Positions 1 to 13,372 of a stretch of DNA of 64,000 nucleotides are shown here, one piece after another. The stretch's first letter is position 1, and each line of letters opens with the position of its first letter. The notes beneath the pieces were generated by a model. The model ran no database searches and had not been told where the DNA came from. It saw only the letters and a program-made list of their open reading frames with translations. Position numbers and translations under genes: made by a program. The DNA lies in the NCBI RefSeq assembly GCF_052425735.1, contig NC_135761.1:9362001-9426000 (forward strand), in the 5' to 3' direction. The stretch comes from Oculina patagonica. Its lineage: Eukaryota.

Positions 1-3000
1 AGGGTTTGGAGGAACATCTAATGGTTTGCGCCCAGTACCGTTGTCATTTTAGTGTTAAGGGTATGTGATCGTTTTAGCTTTTTAATATTATTCTTCAAGG
101 TATGTTTAAATACAAACGTAATTAAAATTTAATTCAGTTCCAGTGGCTCTGATCTATTCATCAAAATTTAGCAGTTTATTAATTATACATGACAAAAGGC
201 TTCTTATTTCTGTAAATCTGCCGTTTTACCACTGTCATGCTGCTTTTTTGAAAACCACTGAAAGCTTCTTGACTGTGATGATGAGCATTTTTTCTGCTCT
301 GATTGACCATCACCTGAAATGAGAGGAAGTAGACTTTTTAAAATGAAGTTTTTTATTTGTGAGGCTCAGAGGGATGGAATATCCCAGTGATTTACTGTAA
401 ATGATCGATTAAGCGCCACTATTTGAATAAGCACTGCACCTTTACTGAAAATAAATTAATAGGTGCCGCCCTCGAATAAGCGCCGTAACGCTAATTTGGG
501 TATTTACAAAGAGACTGTGAAACTGTGTTCATGTTACCTCTTGTATAATTTTCATTGAAATAATTTTATATTAAATTGTGCATGCCTAGTAGGCACCTCA
601 CTCAATTCTCTCTATACAGTCAATAATCGTTAAAGCCGACATGCTCGGGACGTTGTTTACTGTCTGTTATAGCGAGAGTCCATAATAGCGGGAGTCATTT
701 CCAGTCAAACCTCTTTTGCCGGGGATCTGGATTTTGTCTGTAATAGTGAGTGTCTGCAATAGCGGGGTGTCTGCAAGGCGAAAGTTGACTGTATTCTCTT
801 CAGTGTTTTACCGGTAGTTAAAATAAGCGTTGCGTTTAAATAAGAGCTGCACATTAAGCAGGGAAAATTAAATAAGTGCCGCAGTGCTTAATAAATCTGT
901 TACAGTACTATATATATCTCAGGGAGATAAATAAAGAAAGATGGTAAATCAGGGAATACTAAGAAAATCAACACTTCTTCCCAGGACTTCTCCTAAAGGA
1001 AAAAGGAAAACTAGACACAGGTACCTCAGGGGAGTAGGTAACACTTGAAATATCTAAAAGGGTTTCGAAAGCATCTTGATAGGGTATATTATGCACCTAT
1101 CAATGGTTTGCCTAAGGATGGTGGATATGGGCAACCCCAGGGGAATTTGACATCTTCAGGTTTTCAAATGTCAACCTCCCCACCCTTGGGTCTCCACCCC
1201 AGGGAGGGGGACGAGCGGGGATGTGCCACGGCCCCAGAACCCCTACCCCATAAGTCAACATGGCCAAAATACCCCACAGTCCGGAAAAGACCGTACTCTG
1301 GGAGCCGACCGGCAGACACAGACGACTCGGCGAACCGCACAGGACCCACGGAAAGGTGACCCAGCACCCAGAGGCGACCCAGCAGCCAGCGGCGACCCCA
1401 GGGCACTCCCCAAGCCCAAAGGAAGGCCCCCCCCCCGCCCCGGGGTCTCCACTGAGAGTTAAATGTACCCTTGGCCAGGCCCCCTTCACTTTCCAAGGTG
1501 GGGACTAAATAAAAATTTTTACCGAGGGGACTGTTGTGGATGTCGAAATCCCTACCCAGGTAGAGCTAGGATAAGTGAAATTCCTGTGGGTCCCCCCTCC
1601 TATCTTGGGGCTAACCATTGATAGGTGCACTTATATATCTGGAGGAGATGTTATTGGTTTTGATTATGTTAATTTAAAGGTAGCTTTTATTATGTAGCAA
1701 AGCAGTGTGCAAAAAATGTAGACTGCATTTGTCGCACACTAATAGTAGCAAAGAGCTGTCAAAGACAGCCTGAGGCAACCTCTGAGGCAACCTCTAATAT
1801 GAATCAACGCATCAACAGAAAAAATTCCTACCTTGAGTATTTTTAGCTTGTGTTGTGAATATTACATATACTGTATCTAGGGCTGGACATTAATTGATCA
1901 TTGTACACTTTTAAAATATTAGGTACTAAATATTTCATGACATTGATCATGTTTTTTTAGGCTGTGAATATGTTGGTACAAAGTTGAATGTAGAAGAGCA
2001 TGGGAAAACATGCAAACATCAAAACAGTGCAGAACCGCCAAAGTGTCAAGCTCTCCATTCTGCGGTATGAACAAGTCAATCATAATAATATCTATAGTTC
2101 TCATTAAGAGAACAGAAGAGCTTTACTATAAATATTTTTTTATAATTAAAAATGTTTGAGGAGTTGGGCACGCTATGATTGGTCAGCTCGACTTCATATT
2201 TATAGCTCCAAAAAGCAGGTGGCTTACATCACATGCATGCTTTATCAAGTTATAATGCACAGGGCTTGCGTCACAAGTTTAAGCGTACATAACTTCTTAA
2301 AAATTTATAAAAGAAATAAAAAACTTTCTCCTTGTACATTGTTGAGTTATATCAGCACTTATATAAGAATTTTTAAGAACACTCGAGAAGTGCGAGAAGC
2401 ACAAGGTGCACTTCTCTAAATTCCTGCATGCTTATATAACTCAACAATGAACTCGGGTGCATTTTTTATTTCTTTATTACCCTATACAATCATGCAGAAT
2501 ATTGCCTGATACTTAGTCACAAATCTTGCAAAATATTTAGAATTTACAACTCTATTTATCTTTATTACACCAGTCTTCTGAAGAGCTGAGAACTTCAGTA
2601 AACGTTCTTTCAGAGAGAGTTACATGGCTAGAAAACAACCAAGATGCATTGGTGACACAGGTTGAACAATGTAACAGGTACATGTCCATATAATAAATGC
2701 TGTGTCAGTCTTTGTTTCTGGATATTAATTGTTATTAACTGGGAGAAGAATACCCTCTGACAAAGAGAATTGGAGAGCAACCTTGAGAAAGCAGACACAG
2801 TAGTAATCCATCAAAGGGAGATGTCTCAACATTTATAGAAGTCTGTGTCTGAGCCATGAGGCTCAACAGCCGGAGCATCCCGGTCTGTAGCATAGCGACA
2901 GGAGATGCACCCCCCGGATGGGATGCAGTCCATCGAGGGACCCCCCAGCAGTTATTCGCGGTACCCAATACACCTGGGTGGAGAGAGGAGGAGAGAAAGG

Positions 3001-6000
3001 TCTGCCCAAGAACACAACGCAGAGCCCCGGCCAGGCCCGAACCAGGGCCGTCGACCGGAGCGAGCGCGGAACCATTAGGCCACCGCGCCTCCCACTCTCA
3101 ACATAATAGGGGAGGAGTATATGTCTACCAGGTAGGAGGTGCAGTGGCCTACGCACTGGACTGCAGATCAAACATAACTGGGTTTAGCCCTGGGGGGCAA
3201 TGTGTGTGCTGAGCAGACACAAGAGGCCGGAGCAATACAGGAAAAATAAAGTCACCAAGGAGATCTCATAGCATGGTAACAGTTTGAGCACATCAGCTAA
3301 CAAAAACCTACTAAAACTTTAGATCTCAAGCTGACCCCGCCAGAGAAAAATGGATTTGAAATGATCTACATTTCAGTTAAAACGGACGTTTCGGGCCACT
3401 TTAAAATAAAATGGCGCGTATTTTAATCATTTTTACGAGGTTTGACTTTAATTTTCTCAAGAACGCTTTAGAGTTTTATCATGGGGTCACTAAGACAAAT
3501 GAATTTCAGTGAGATGTTTCAAATAGTATACAAAATGTTAACGAACTATAAGTAGATTTTTGGTACTTAATTTTGCACTCATTGCTCGAACTTTCAGCGG
3601 AATCCATCTTAATTACTCTCACAATGCTTCCCTGCACCCAGTTGCACCCTCCAAGTTTATTTTTTATTTTTTTTATTTTTTTGCTTAGTAGCCATTTGGC
3701 CACCGACTGCTCAAGTTTGGTCGCCAGTGAAAACTTTAGTCGCTAAATTAAGCCATGCTTTCAATCCTTCTCCTTATTTTAGTCGCCAGGCTGGCGACTC
3801 AGTTCCAATTTGGTCGCCAGCTCCAAAATTTTAGTCGCCATGGCGACTAAAATGGTCTTAACTTGGAGGGTTGTAGCCGCAAATTAAATGCTGGGGGGGG
3901 GGGGGGTAACCCAGCAATAGACTGGAAAAGGGTTGCAAAATGCAGCTGAGCATAGTCTAGGGGAGAGGTTTCAGAGTCCCAGTGACACATCCTATACCTG
4001 TCAACTCTCACTCCTTAGGCGTGAGTCTCAGCCTGCGAGTTGAAAACTTCGATCTCACGCCAACTCACGCTTACGAACCAATTTCCATCCATCGAAAAAT
4101 GTGAGAATACAACCATAAATTGCACACTTCAAAAAAGTGAACCAAACAAGAAAAAGAAACCAATGACTGAGAAACGAACACCCCGAAATCTCAGAGTTGA
4201 TAGAAAAGTGAGAATGTGTCATAGCAAAACAAGCTTGGGACGTGTGGCGAAGCAGACCGGAAACCAGACATCTTTGGGAACTGGAAAAGGCATCTCGGGA
4301 AATCCTAGCACTCAGGAACCACGCCTTTAACCCAAAAAAGTTGGCAGGCATAACATCCCCACCCGAAACGTCACAGAGGGTTGCACCTGACATTTATAGT
4401 CTTACCAGTACCTCTTAATAACAACTGATGGCCACTGACAATCCACTGACGAGTTTAAAAGCGGTATATGTTCTTTCAAAAATACAGTTATTGCGTAGAT
4501 TTATTGTCTCGATATATTTGTTTTGTAATTTTAATTGATTTTTGATTGGCCAATCCAAATATTACTGACCCTCTTTATTTTATAACAGTACTATTTCCAG
4601 ATTGTCCGAGACAGTAGAAGACCTGGTATTCCAAGTGGAACAGCTTACCATCATTCTGAAGCGATCGTCACTATATCGTGAGATGTCAGTGACTTCCATC
4701 CCAGAAACAATCAACAGCTCTCAAAGTACCAGCCCTGATGATACCCTATCTTATTCACACGCACATAGATCGCTGGTTAGACTTAAGAATTCCCCTGTGG
4801 TGTCTTCACAGCAAGATATTTGGAGTATACCTTGCGTCTTAAAATGCATCGGTACTTTGAGGTATAGTACAGTATTGATAAACTTTTTAGTAAACCTTTC
4901 AGTCCAACTGTGGAAATAATATTTTACTGATTGCTTTATTATGGGATGTGCGGTGGCCTAATAGTAAGTGTGCTGGTCTCTGGATTGAGCCGGTCTGAGT
5001 TTGACAGGGCTCGAAATTAAAAAAATCCTCAGGTCGCCATTTGGTGACAAGTACGAAATACTAGTCGCCAAATGCAAATTTGTAGTCGCCAGATTGTAAA
5101 ATCAATAGGAGCGTTTGATTTGACTCAAGGTTTGCAGAGGATTCTAGGGCAGCTTCAAACCTGCAAGTTTTCCGATGGATAGAATCATTTTGGGCAAAAC
5201 AAAAGGATGGATTGTAGCAATACAACTTCTTTTCGTATTTTGAAGGTTTTAGAAGCAAAGATTAGTCAAACTAGTATTCTGGCCACTAGGCTCGAAGCAG
5301 ACTTTACCTTTCAGTCCAACCAGGAAATAATATTTTACTGATTGCCATTATTATGGGATGTTAGTGGCCTAATGGTAGTGTTAGTTCGGATTGAGAGTGT
5401 GGTTTAGTCCTGCCAGGGCACTGCATATGTTTGTGGTCAAGACACTATACTCTGATAGTGTCTCTCTCCCCCAGGTGTATAAATAGTCAACCCTAGTTAG
5501 CATTTAGCGCCATGGTACTAAAATTTTAGAGCGGCGACTGAATTTGAACCAAGGTCCCAGCCTGGCGACAATTGAGAGGAATGAGTGAAAGCATCAGCTT
5601 AATTTGGTGACTAAAATTTTTCACTGGCAACCAAAACTTGAGTAGTTGGTGGCCAACTGGCCACTAAGGAAATAAGTAAACTGGAGGGTGTGGGTGCTGG
5701 CAAATTTACTGGGGGCAACCCTGCAGTAGACTAGCATCCCTCCAGGCTCGGGGGGAGTAGAAATACTCCTGGTCACTTCATGCTATGAAAACCAGGATAA
5801 GGTTCGGCCTGATGGGCCACTAGGCTCAAACACAGACTTTAATTTGGACAGTGGGATTTTTTTGTAACCTACAATATATTATCACATGCAAAATTCACCT
5901 ACACGACTTTCTGGTGACAGTAGTAATTATTGTGAGCAGTTTGTAGTTTTGATTTAAAAGAAGTATATTGTGTGGATGCCCGGGGGAGGGGGACTCCCAT

Positions 6001-9000
6001 ATTAAAGGGACGGGGATGCTCGTCGGAAATTTTTAAAAGAACCCCTAAAAGAGACCAATTTGGGCGTGGCTTAAGCTTTTTAACACCCCTAAAAGATACC
6101 AAAATTTGGAAAAAAGAACTTATATTTGTATTTTTCTTCGGGTGCGACCCTAAACGAGACCCTGGCGGCTAAAAATATTGCCATTTTCCCCACAACACCC
6201 TAAGCGAGACCCAAAGTCCGACATTTATACCCCTTAGCGAGACGACGAGCATCCCCGTCACTTTGATATGGGAGTCCCCCCCCCCCCCCCCCGGGTGTGG
6301 ATGGCTACAGCTGTAAGAAAAAAAAGATATACTGTAAAAATCTGCCCTTACTCTTTGGGTCGGGTAGCAGCTGCCCTCAGGTCTCACACGAATGGCTAGA
6401 TACCCTTCAAGAGAACAACAGAACATAAAACAGGAACAATGCCCCTAGCCCCAAAAGCAATAGCAACTGCTACACAAGAGGATCACTAGAATTACAAGCT
6501 AATGAGAGAGCACTACACTAATGTACTCTTTAAAACACCTGGATGAGAGAGTCTCTGAGAATTAGTGTCTTGTCCAATAATGCGAAAAATAGATGTGGAC
6601 AACGTCCAGGGCCTTTGGTTTGGCGTCCCATTACTGTCCAACCCTTTAAGGCCAACTGTACGTCCTCTGAGAGGGCAACAGTACAAATACAATGTCAAGA
6701 TGACTAGGTAAATACTGGACTATTTTGGAATTGAAAATATCAAATAAAATATCTATTTCTCCTTTTTTCAGGGGCCACCGTGGAACCATCTGGTCAATGG
6801 TCACCAAAGGTCATCGTCTTTTCAGTGCTGGGGGAGATAAAGTTATAAAGGTTTGGAACATGGAGAACGTGCGACTGGCAAGATGTACTGAGGTCCTTGA
6901 GGGTCACACTAATGATGTGAGTTATAGAGGGCTTAATAACTTATATATGGAGCCTTTTATTCCTGAGGGAGCATTATTGCTTATTAACTGTGTGGAAAGG
7001 GTGGGATGGAATCTCTTTTCACACTGAATGTGTAAATAAATAAATGGCAATTTGCAGTGGTATTTCCACAGAGTAGTTCTTCTATCCACTGTTCCTAATC
7101 AAATTGAAGTATTGGTTGTTGTGGAGGGAGGAAAACGGGAGAGCCCAGAGAAAAACCCTCAGGGAAAGTACATGAACCAACCACAAACTCAAACCCAATA
7201 TGACACAGGGTCCAGGAATCAAACATGGGCCAAATCAATAATTTATTGGTGGGAGGTGAGCGCTCTCACCAGCCATCTTTCGTCCTGTTTATGGAGGCAC
7301 TTTTTGGGGGTTTTCCTAAAAAAGAAGTCCAGTGAGCATACAGTAAACATCATTCATTACTTTTATATGCGAATACCGCCTCTCACGCACCCAACCCTGA
7401 TTTTGGGCTTTTTTGGAAGGTGGATGAGTTACACTTGGCAATCTCCCTCCTTTCTTTAATTGGTTTCATTTGATTTGTAACATTAAATTAATATGTTTTT
7501 CTCCTTTTTCTCAAGATTCACACCATGTGTGTTGGAGGTGGAAAACTATACAGTGCAGGATCTGATCAAGCAATTATCTCGTGGAACTTAGAAAATTTAA
7601 CCTTGCATAAAAAAGTAGAGGTAAGTTAGTAAGTGGAATTCTCGGCGAGGACTTTTCTGCTGATGTTACTCTGATTTACTTGAAATTCCTTTCTTTTTTT
7701 CAGAATGCTCATGACAATATCATATGTGCTATAGTGTACAATGGAAAGTACCTTTTTACCTCTTCTCATTCCTGTATTAAGGTAACATATTGTACTTTTT
7801 TCAATTGCAATACACAGAGAAAGTTTCTTACAATGCAATTATTTCCTCTACTTCATCACAGCAACGTACTCTATTTACAAACAATTACTTGCAATTACAT
7901 ACAAGGCGGACCCCGGAGAAAAAATGTGAAGGCTCGGATTATAAAATTGCCTGAATGAAACACCTTTTTGCCCACATGAGCCTCAATTTTTCTCCCCCTG
8001 TATCCGCCACTAACATGTAACAATTATTCCACGAGCGCGCGTTGGATATGAGATGGTAGATAGCCAGTGAGACGCGTAGCGCCAAGTTGGCTATAACGAT
8101 CTGATATCCAACAAGCGCGAGTGGAATAATTGTTTTATTAAAAACGCCCAAAGAATTGCAATATTTGAGCTCCCCAGCTGTTAGACGTGTTTTTGCTACC
8201 ATACTTGTGGTCAATGGAATATGAGCTCATATACCATTGCCTGTTAACCAATCAGAACGCAGGAATTGCAATATACCATATCGAGTTAGAGAAATTTCAT
8301 ATCTACTCACGGCCTTGTATTATTCTCTGTTTATACTAAGGTGTGGGATGCATCTACTCTTCAAGAAGTACACGAAATGGAAGATCTTCACCACTGGGTC
8401 AGAGCACTGGCCTTAGACACTAAAAGAGTAAGTGTTATAAATTACTTTCCGTGAAAATTACATGGTGAACGTTGGAAAAAAAGTCGCTGATTTCACTATT
8501 CTTATTATTCTTTCAAAAAATAGGCCCTAGAAAAAATAACAACAATAGTTTCAAAGGTAGAAAAAGAAAAGCATCCTAAAAACAATACACCAAAGTGAAG
8601 CAAAAAATGGCTTCAAAACCGTGGGTAAAGTGAACTCTTTGACAAAAGCTTTAAAGGACCTCATTATTCCATTGAATGGCGTTTTAAAAGGCATTTTACA
8701 AAGCTATAGATCACTGATAGATTTGTCTACATTTTCTGTTACAAATCAACATCAGCAACTGTCAGTCAAACATTTTGATGGGTTTGATTATAGTAACAAG
8801 GAATATGCCCTTTACATTATATCCTAGCTGTTTCCAATTACAAAGTGAATGAAAAAAAAATGAAAAAACCGCCAGCAAGTCGAGTTTCAGTACTCAGGGT
8901 CGTAACCATGTATATGGGATCAGGGATCACAGCCTTGGGATCGGGATCACAGCCTCGGGATCGGGATCATGGACCCAGGATCCCGGGTCACAAGTCATGG

Positions 9001-11133
9001 GATCCGGATCGGCCAATCAGATGGGATCAGAATGGAATCAGGGATCAAATGTTGCCACATTTTGGGGATCAGGAATCAAAATTTAGAGCTAAAATTTGGG
9101 ATCAGCAATGAAAAAATATACCTGGTTACGACCCTGAGTACTGGTTTGTTCTATCATCTCGTTTCACTTTTTGCTCTTGTCTTATCTTGGTTGTAGGAGA
9201 AGCTTTTCAGTGGATCTCACAATGTGGTCCACATTTGGGATGCCACTGGCTCATTTGGTCTCAGAGGAACAATCGATCATTCCCTTGGATCTGTTTACTC
9301 GTTAGCTGTCACGAGGCATTTTATCATTGTCGGTAAGTTTTATGTTACCTTATTATAGGAATATAACGAAGCATTTTAACAACGCGAACAAAATGTGCGC
9401 GTAATAAAATTAACGCGAATTGTCGAAAATTTATGTTTACATGTATTTATTTGACGCGAATTCTCGTGTGGTGTGTGCTTGATGTGTAGTAATTTTTATA
9501 GCAACCTGCGCTATTTTAAAGACAAAACAACAACGTCCAACAACAGAACTTGAGGATTTAACCTGATTTAAACAGGTCAAATAGTGACTAATATATTCAA
9601 TGAATGTACATGTGTCCAGGGATGGAATACATCTCATCCTGGCGCTATCCACTAGTACTGCCTCTGTTATTCCTCCAGCTTTGACGGAGAAATAGATGAC
9701 GTGAAAACATAACTTTGCCAGCAAGGTGTCTTAAAAAAAACAATGCTGTAAAATAGTATAATTTTAATAAACAATGACGTAAATTAAGGTACATGAAATT
9801 AACGCGAGTTTTTGAAATTCGCGTTAATTACATGTATCGTTAATTTCCTATAATAAGGTAAATAGGCCGCACCCTTGATACCCAAGAACTATAAAGGCAT
9901 CTGTCACAGCGACCTGGCGTCTGCCACTAGCTAGAATATTGGCTAGCAACCCCTTTGTGAGTTGCAACTCTATCTTTCCTTTCTAAAGACGCGATTTCCC
10001 CCTTAAAACTACTTTCAAAATTCGAAAAAAATGAATTTTCAGCACCTTAACACTCTACCCTCCCTCCCACAGGCACGTACAACCAGAACATTCACGTGTA
10101 TGATGTGAACTCGTACCAGTCCATCAAGGCTCTTGTTGGTCACATTGGCACAGTCACGGGACTAGCCCCGGCAGTGACAGGAAAATTGTTGTTCTCGGCT
10201 TCCTACGACACAACGGTGCAGGTACAGTCACGTGATAACATTCCATTGCAATGGGAACATAACGAATGGATCCGCATATGTAAGCAACTGACCAATCAAG
10301 TAGACAGGCATAGACACAGTTTATTTAACCACGAAGAGCTCAGGAGCCGTGGTATGAGTAAATGAAACTTATTCTCTGATCATTGAATCTTACTCTGCGA
10401 CACAGAAACACGGGCCCGGGCATAAGACACGCACCCACGCGCGTCCTACACACACGCGCGTGGTTCACACATCCACGCGCGACAAACACGCACAGGGCAT
10501 TGTTGGACTCTTCAGTCTAATTTTTTCCTACTTTTTTCAGATCTGGAATCTGGATACCATGTTACCAATGCAAACGCTTTCAAGACACGAAGGAAGTGTC
10601 AACTGTGTTGTTATTCATAAAGATTTGCTGCTATCAGGCTCAGAGGATATGGAGATCAAGGTTTGTATTATTAACGTTTAGTTCCTAAAGAAACGACCCT
10701 CCTTACTTTAGGATGTAGCACGCTTTTCCTATCGCTATTTTTCGGAGAGTGGGAGGCGCGGTGGCCTAATGGTAAGCGGGCTGGAATTTGGATTGAGCGG
10801 TCTGGGTTCGAGCCCTGGCTGCGGTCATTGATGTTGTGTTCTTTGGCACTGCCTCTCTCCACCCAGGTGTATAAATGGGTACCGGCGAATTTAATGCTGG
10901 GGGTACCCCTGCGATGGACTAGCAACCCATCGGGGGGGGGGGGGAGTAGAAAATTTCTACTACTGCTAGTCTCTTGATGCCATGGAAACTGGGATAAGCT
11001 GTGGCAGTATGGGTTACTTTGGCTCGCTGCAGACAATTTTACCCGACCTTAATTTTCATTTCAAGAATGACGTAAAAGTTAAATTCATTTCTGTTGTTTT
11101 CTTCAGGTCTTCAAGTACTTCAAAGCGGAGTAA
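1..11133 (+). CDS. TRAF7: TRAF7-family protein (TRAF-type Zn finger, coiled coil, C-terminal WD40 repeats), 5'-partial
   Basis: In-frame GT-AG exons: <1-60, 1961-2064, 2574-2677, 4601-4861, 6772-6916, 7516-7620, 7704-7781, 8341-8427, 9197-9332, 10073-10221, 10541-10660, 11107-11133 (VFKYFKAE*). Zn-finger-like LEEHLMVCAQYRCHFSVKGCEYVG..EEHGKTCK. WD40 motifs resemble TRAF7 (HWVRALA, GSVYSLAVT..GTY..IHVYD, GHIGTV..LA, FSASYD, QTLSRHEGSV). Ortholog versus paralog is not resolved. Confidence 0.85.
393..907. mobile_element. TA-flanked MITE with a nested second MITE at 615-793
   Basis: TIRs TACTGTAA..TTACAGTA with internal AATAAGCGCC repeats (family also at 38386-38826). Nested TACAGTCAA..TTGACTGTA element (related copy ending at 41762). 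Confidence 0.65.
1090..1630. mobile_element. MITE containing a nested CCCGGG-terminated hAT-like MITE (1198-1444)
   Basis: Outer TIR TGCACCTATCAATGGTT / AACCATTGATAGGTGCA. Inner element has the 8-bp TSD GTCTCCAC (1190-1197, 1445-1452). Confidence 0.75.
2840..3094 (-). mobile_element. tRNA-derived CORE-like SINE, degraded copy
   Basis: Aligns by eye to the reverse complement of the 17046 and 10751 SINEs, with many 1-3 nt deletions. Confidence 0.7.
3645..3873. mobile_element. MITE (TAGTCGCCA-repeat family) inserted in a SINE; inverted relative at 5488-5690
   Basis: TIR CACCCTCCAAGTT / AACTTGGAGGGTTG. The interior is the reverse complement of 5488-5690. Confidence 0.6.
5979..6295. mobile_element. 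CCCGGG-terminated hAT-like MITE
   Basis: Termini CCCGGGGG..GGACTCCCATAT / ATATGGGAGTCCCC..CCCGGG. Perfect 8-bp TSD TGTGGATG (5971-5978, 6296-6303). Confidence 0.85.
7060..7275 (-). mobile_element. second tRNA-derived SINE family (V-SINE-like)
   Basis: The reverse complement has a tRNA-like head (GGTGAGAGCGCTCACCTCCCACCAA..TTGATTCC) and a GGGTTTTTCTCTGGGCTCTCCCGTTTTCCTCC core. Confidence 0.5.
8021..8131. repeat. imperfect palindromic dispersed repeat
   Basis: CAATTATTCCAC..GTTGGATAT..TAGCCA pairs with TGGCTAT..ATATCCAAC..GTGGAATAATTG. Confidence 0.6.
8895..9136. mobile_element. MITE with internal GGGATC repeats
   Basis: TIR CAGGGTCGTAACCATGTATAT / ATATACCTGGTTACGACCCTG, flanked on both sides by AGTACT. 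Confidence 0.75.
9346..9860. mobile_element. TA-flanked MITE (related termini at 33753-33978)
   Basis: TIR TACCTTATTATAGGAA / TTCCTATAATAAGGTA with internal AACGCGAA repeats. Confidence 0.75.
10751..11043 (+). mobile_element. tRNA-derived CORE-like SINE
   Basis: Pol III A box TGGCCTAATGG, B box GGTTCGAGCCC, core GCCTCTCTCCACCCAGGTGTATAAATGGGTACC. Confidence 0.75.
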
Positions 11134-13358
11134 AACTTCTACAAATGTCATTTTTGATGCAATATCGCTAGGAGTTTTTCTTCCCAGTACTGTACTGAGA
11201 ATGATTTTATACTTGGATACTGCTATAATGACAAGACTTGTTACTGCATGTGGTCCTCCTGGTCCTTGTGGGCTTTCGTGCGAGAACACTTGCGCGCGCG
11301 CCACTCTAACAACTATAAACGTTGCGAGGCAGGAGTTGTAGAATAGGCCTTCTTGTTTAGCGTGTATTGACGCTGAGAGCTTGGCCCGTTATACGTATGA
11401 AAATGAATTTTATTTTATTTTTTGGTATATAAATGTGTCCCTCAGACCGTAAAATATATATAAATATGAATTTTATTTTTTTGTAAATAAATGACTCTCA
11501 AGAGTCAGTTATGAATAGATTTGTGTGGTGATATTTCTTTTTTCGTTTCTTGAAATAACATTTTACTTTGACGATATACCCGAAAGGTACGTCGGCTGTT
11601 AAATCCTTTACTCAGAAAAGCTGTTTTTGATATCTGCAGTTAATCACTTCTATCTCCGATAAAAGAGCAATAAGGTTCAACCCGTCCGGAGTGTTTGCGA
11701 CTCGTGCAGCTATGTAACCAATCAGAACAAACGTGCTTTTTTTCAACCAATCAGGAGCAAAAGCAAAACCAGTGGTGACTTGGCCTTCGCAAGTTTTCCC
11801 GCGCTTGGCGCGGGTTGCAAGTTTTCCCGCGCTTGGCACGGGTTGCATGCCCTTGTTTCGAGTTCTGATTGGTTCATTTCTATCCAACAGTCATGAACCG
11901 CTACAGTTAGCAATAGAAGTGGAAGAGAATTTTTTTTTAAAAAAGCCATCTATGTTGTCATTTGTGAAAACATGTTGAACTGTATTTTAATCAAAGGCCC
12001 TAAACTCAGCAACAGTGCTATAAAGCAAACACCCAATTGTCCCAAAGGGGCACACTAAATGTCATGGTGTTAGCGAGTACAGGCTATCAAACTCTCTTCG
12101 TTTGCTATACTTTTTGTCTTAAACTCCACAACGAGAAAAGAGCGAGAAAAAGGTTAGGTTTGTACAAACGCTTTACGTCCCGTTTTGCCGTAAGAGCAAA
12201 ACAAACACGAAATAGAAAATAGATTACGGACAAACCTAACCAAAATTCAAGAACATTAGCAAGTCTTTCACGTGTGTTAGAGAGGGCATTCAAATTTGGG
12301 ACGTTTTAGAGTTGCCTTAAACTTGATCCAGCTAGGACTTACGAAGTCGGTTAAACAATGAAAACACAATCCGATAATTAGGTTCTTTTGAATGTGACCT
12401 GCTTGATATTAAGGAGCTTTTTCTGTCACATTATTCAAAAAATGTCCTAACAAGATCGTTAAGCTGGGTCTTAAAAATTAGTGAAATGCTAATGTACAAT
12501 GCTTCTTGAACGAACGTTGACTGAGTTCGGTAAGGTTAAAAAGTTGGTTCTTGATTCTCGAAAAAATTCAAGTTTGTACTGTTTGCTTATATTGCTCAAC
12601 AGTTGAAGCGGTAGTTTCATTGTTTATTTTCAAATTGGGTGAAAAAGAACAAACGAAACTTGGATCGGTGCTAATTACACGAGAATCCTTTGTTTCTCTC
12701 TTGTTGACAGAGACCTTATCATACGTTGTATATTAACCGAGTCTTTTTTTTTACTGAAAAAGAAGCAAGTCAAGCTTATCTTCCCTTCCATTCAAAGCTT
12801 TCCAATATTCATGGCCCGTATAAGCCCTCGGCCTCATTTACTTACCGAAAATGTTTGCTTGTACTTTGTTAATTAGTTTGAACTGTCTATAGAAATATGT
12901 CGGTCATTTACAGTTCATTGTTTCCTCAAAGAGTGTGTTAATCCAGTTTCCCTTTACGTGGGGCACAGAATAAAAGCGTCTCTTTTACGAGTATTACAAA
13001 CTGATATTTGATTGGCCATTACAACATCTACAAAGTATGTTCTGCCAATAAAATTTTCGCCGGAAATTTAGTACGGGAATGAGTCATTTCACCGTCCCGA
13101 TCCTTGATTCCACTGAAAGGAAGCAAACTTGATGTGTAAACATGGATTTTTGAAATCAATGAAACAAAATTAGCGCCCTCTCGAGAGACTGGCCTGTTTT
13201 AACTTGATTACTGCAGTTAATTAAAAGAGTGTTTAGTTTGTACAACGATTGTCAAGACAAATACGAGAACCTGATCAATATGCGGGACTTTTGAATTCAG
13301 CTCTTATGGCCCACTTGGGAATAAACACATCCAAACATGCTTAACAGCGACACCCATT

Positions 13359-13372
13359 GTTGACTTGGCAAC
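13359..13372. promoter_or_regulatory. putative RFX X-box upstream of tub1
   Basis: GTTGACTTGGCAAC about 125 bp upstream of the ATG. A second match GTTACCATAGAAAC lies at 14907-14920 in intron 4. Confidence 0.45.

Noticed and set aside
1045-1508. Six overlapping GC-rich ORFs
   Set aside because: They lie in a T-depleted MITE inside an intron; the lack of stops follows from base composition.
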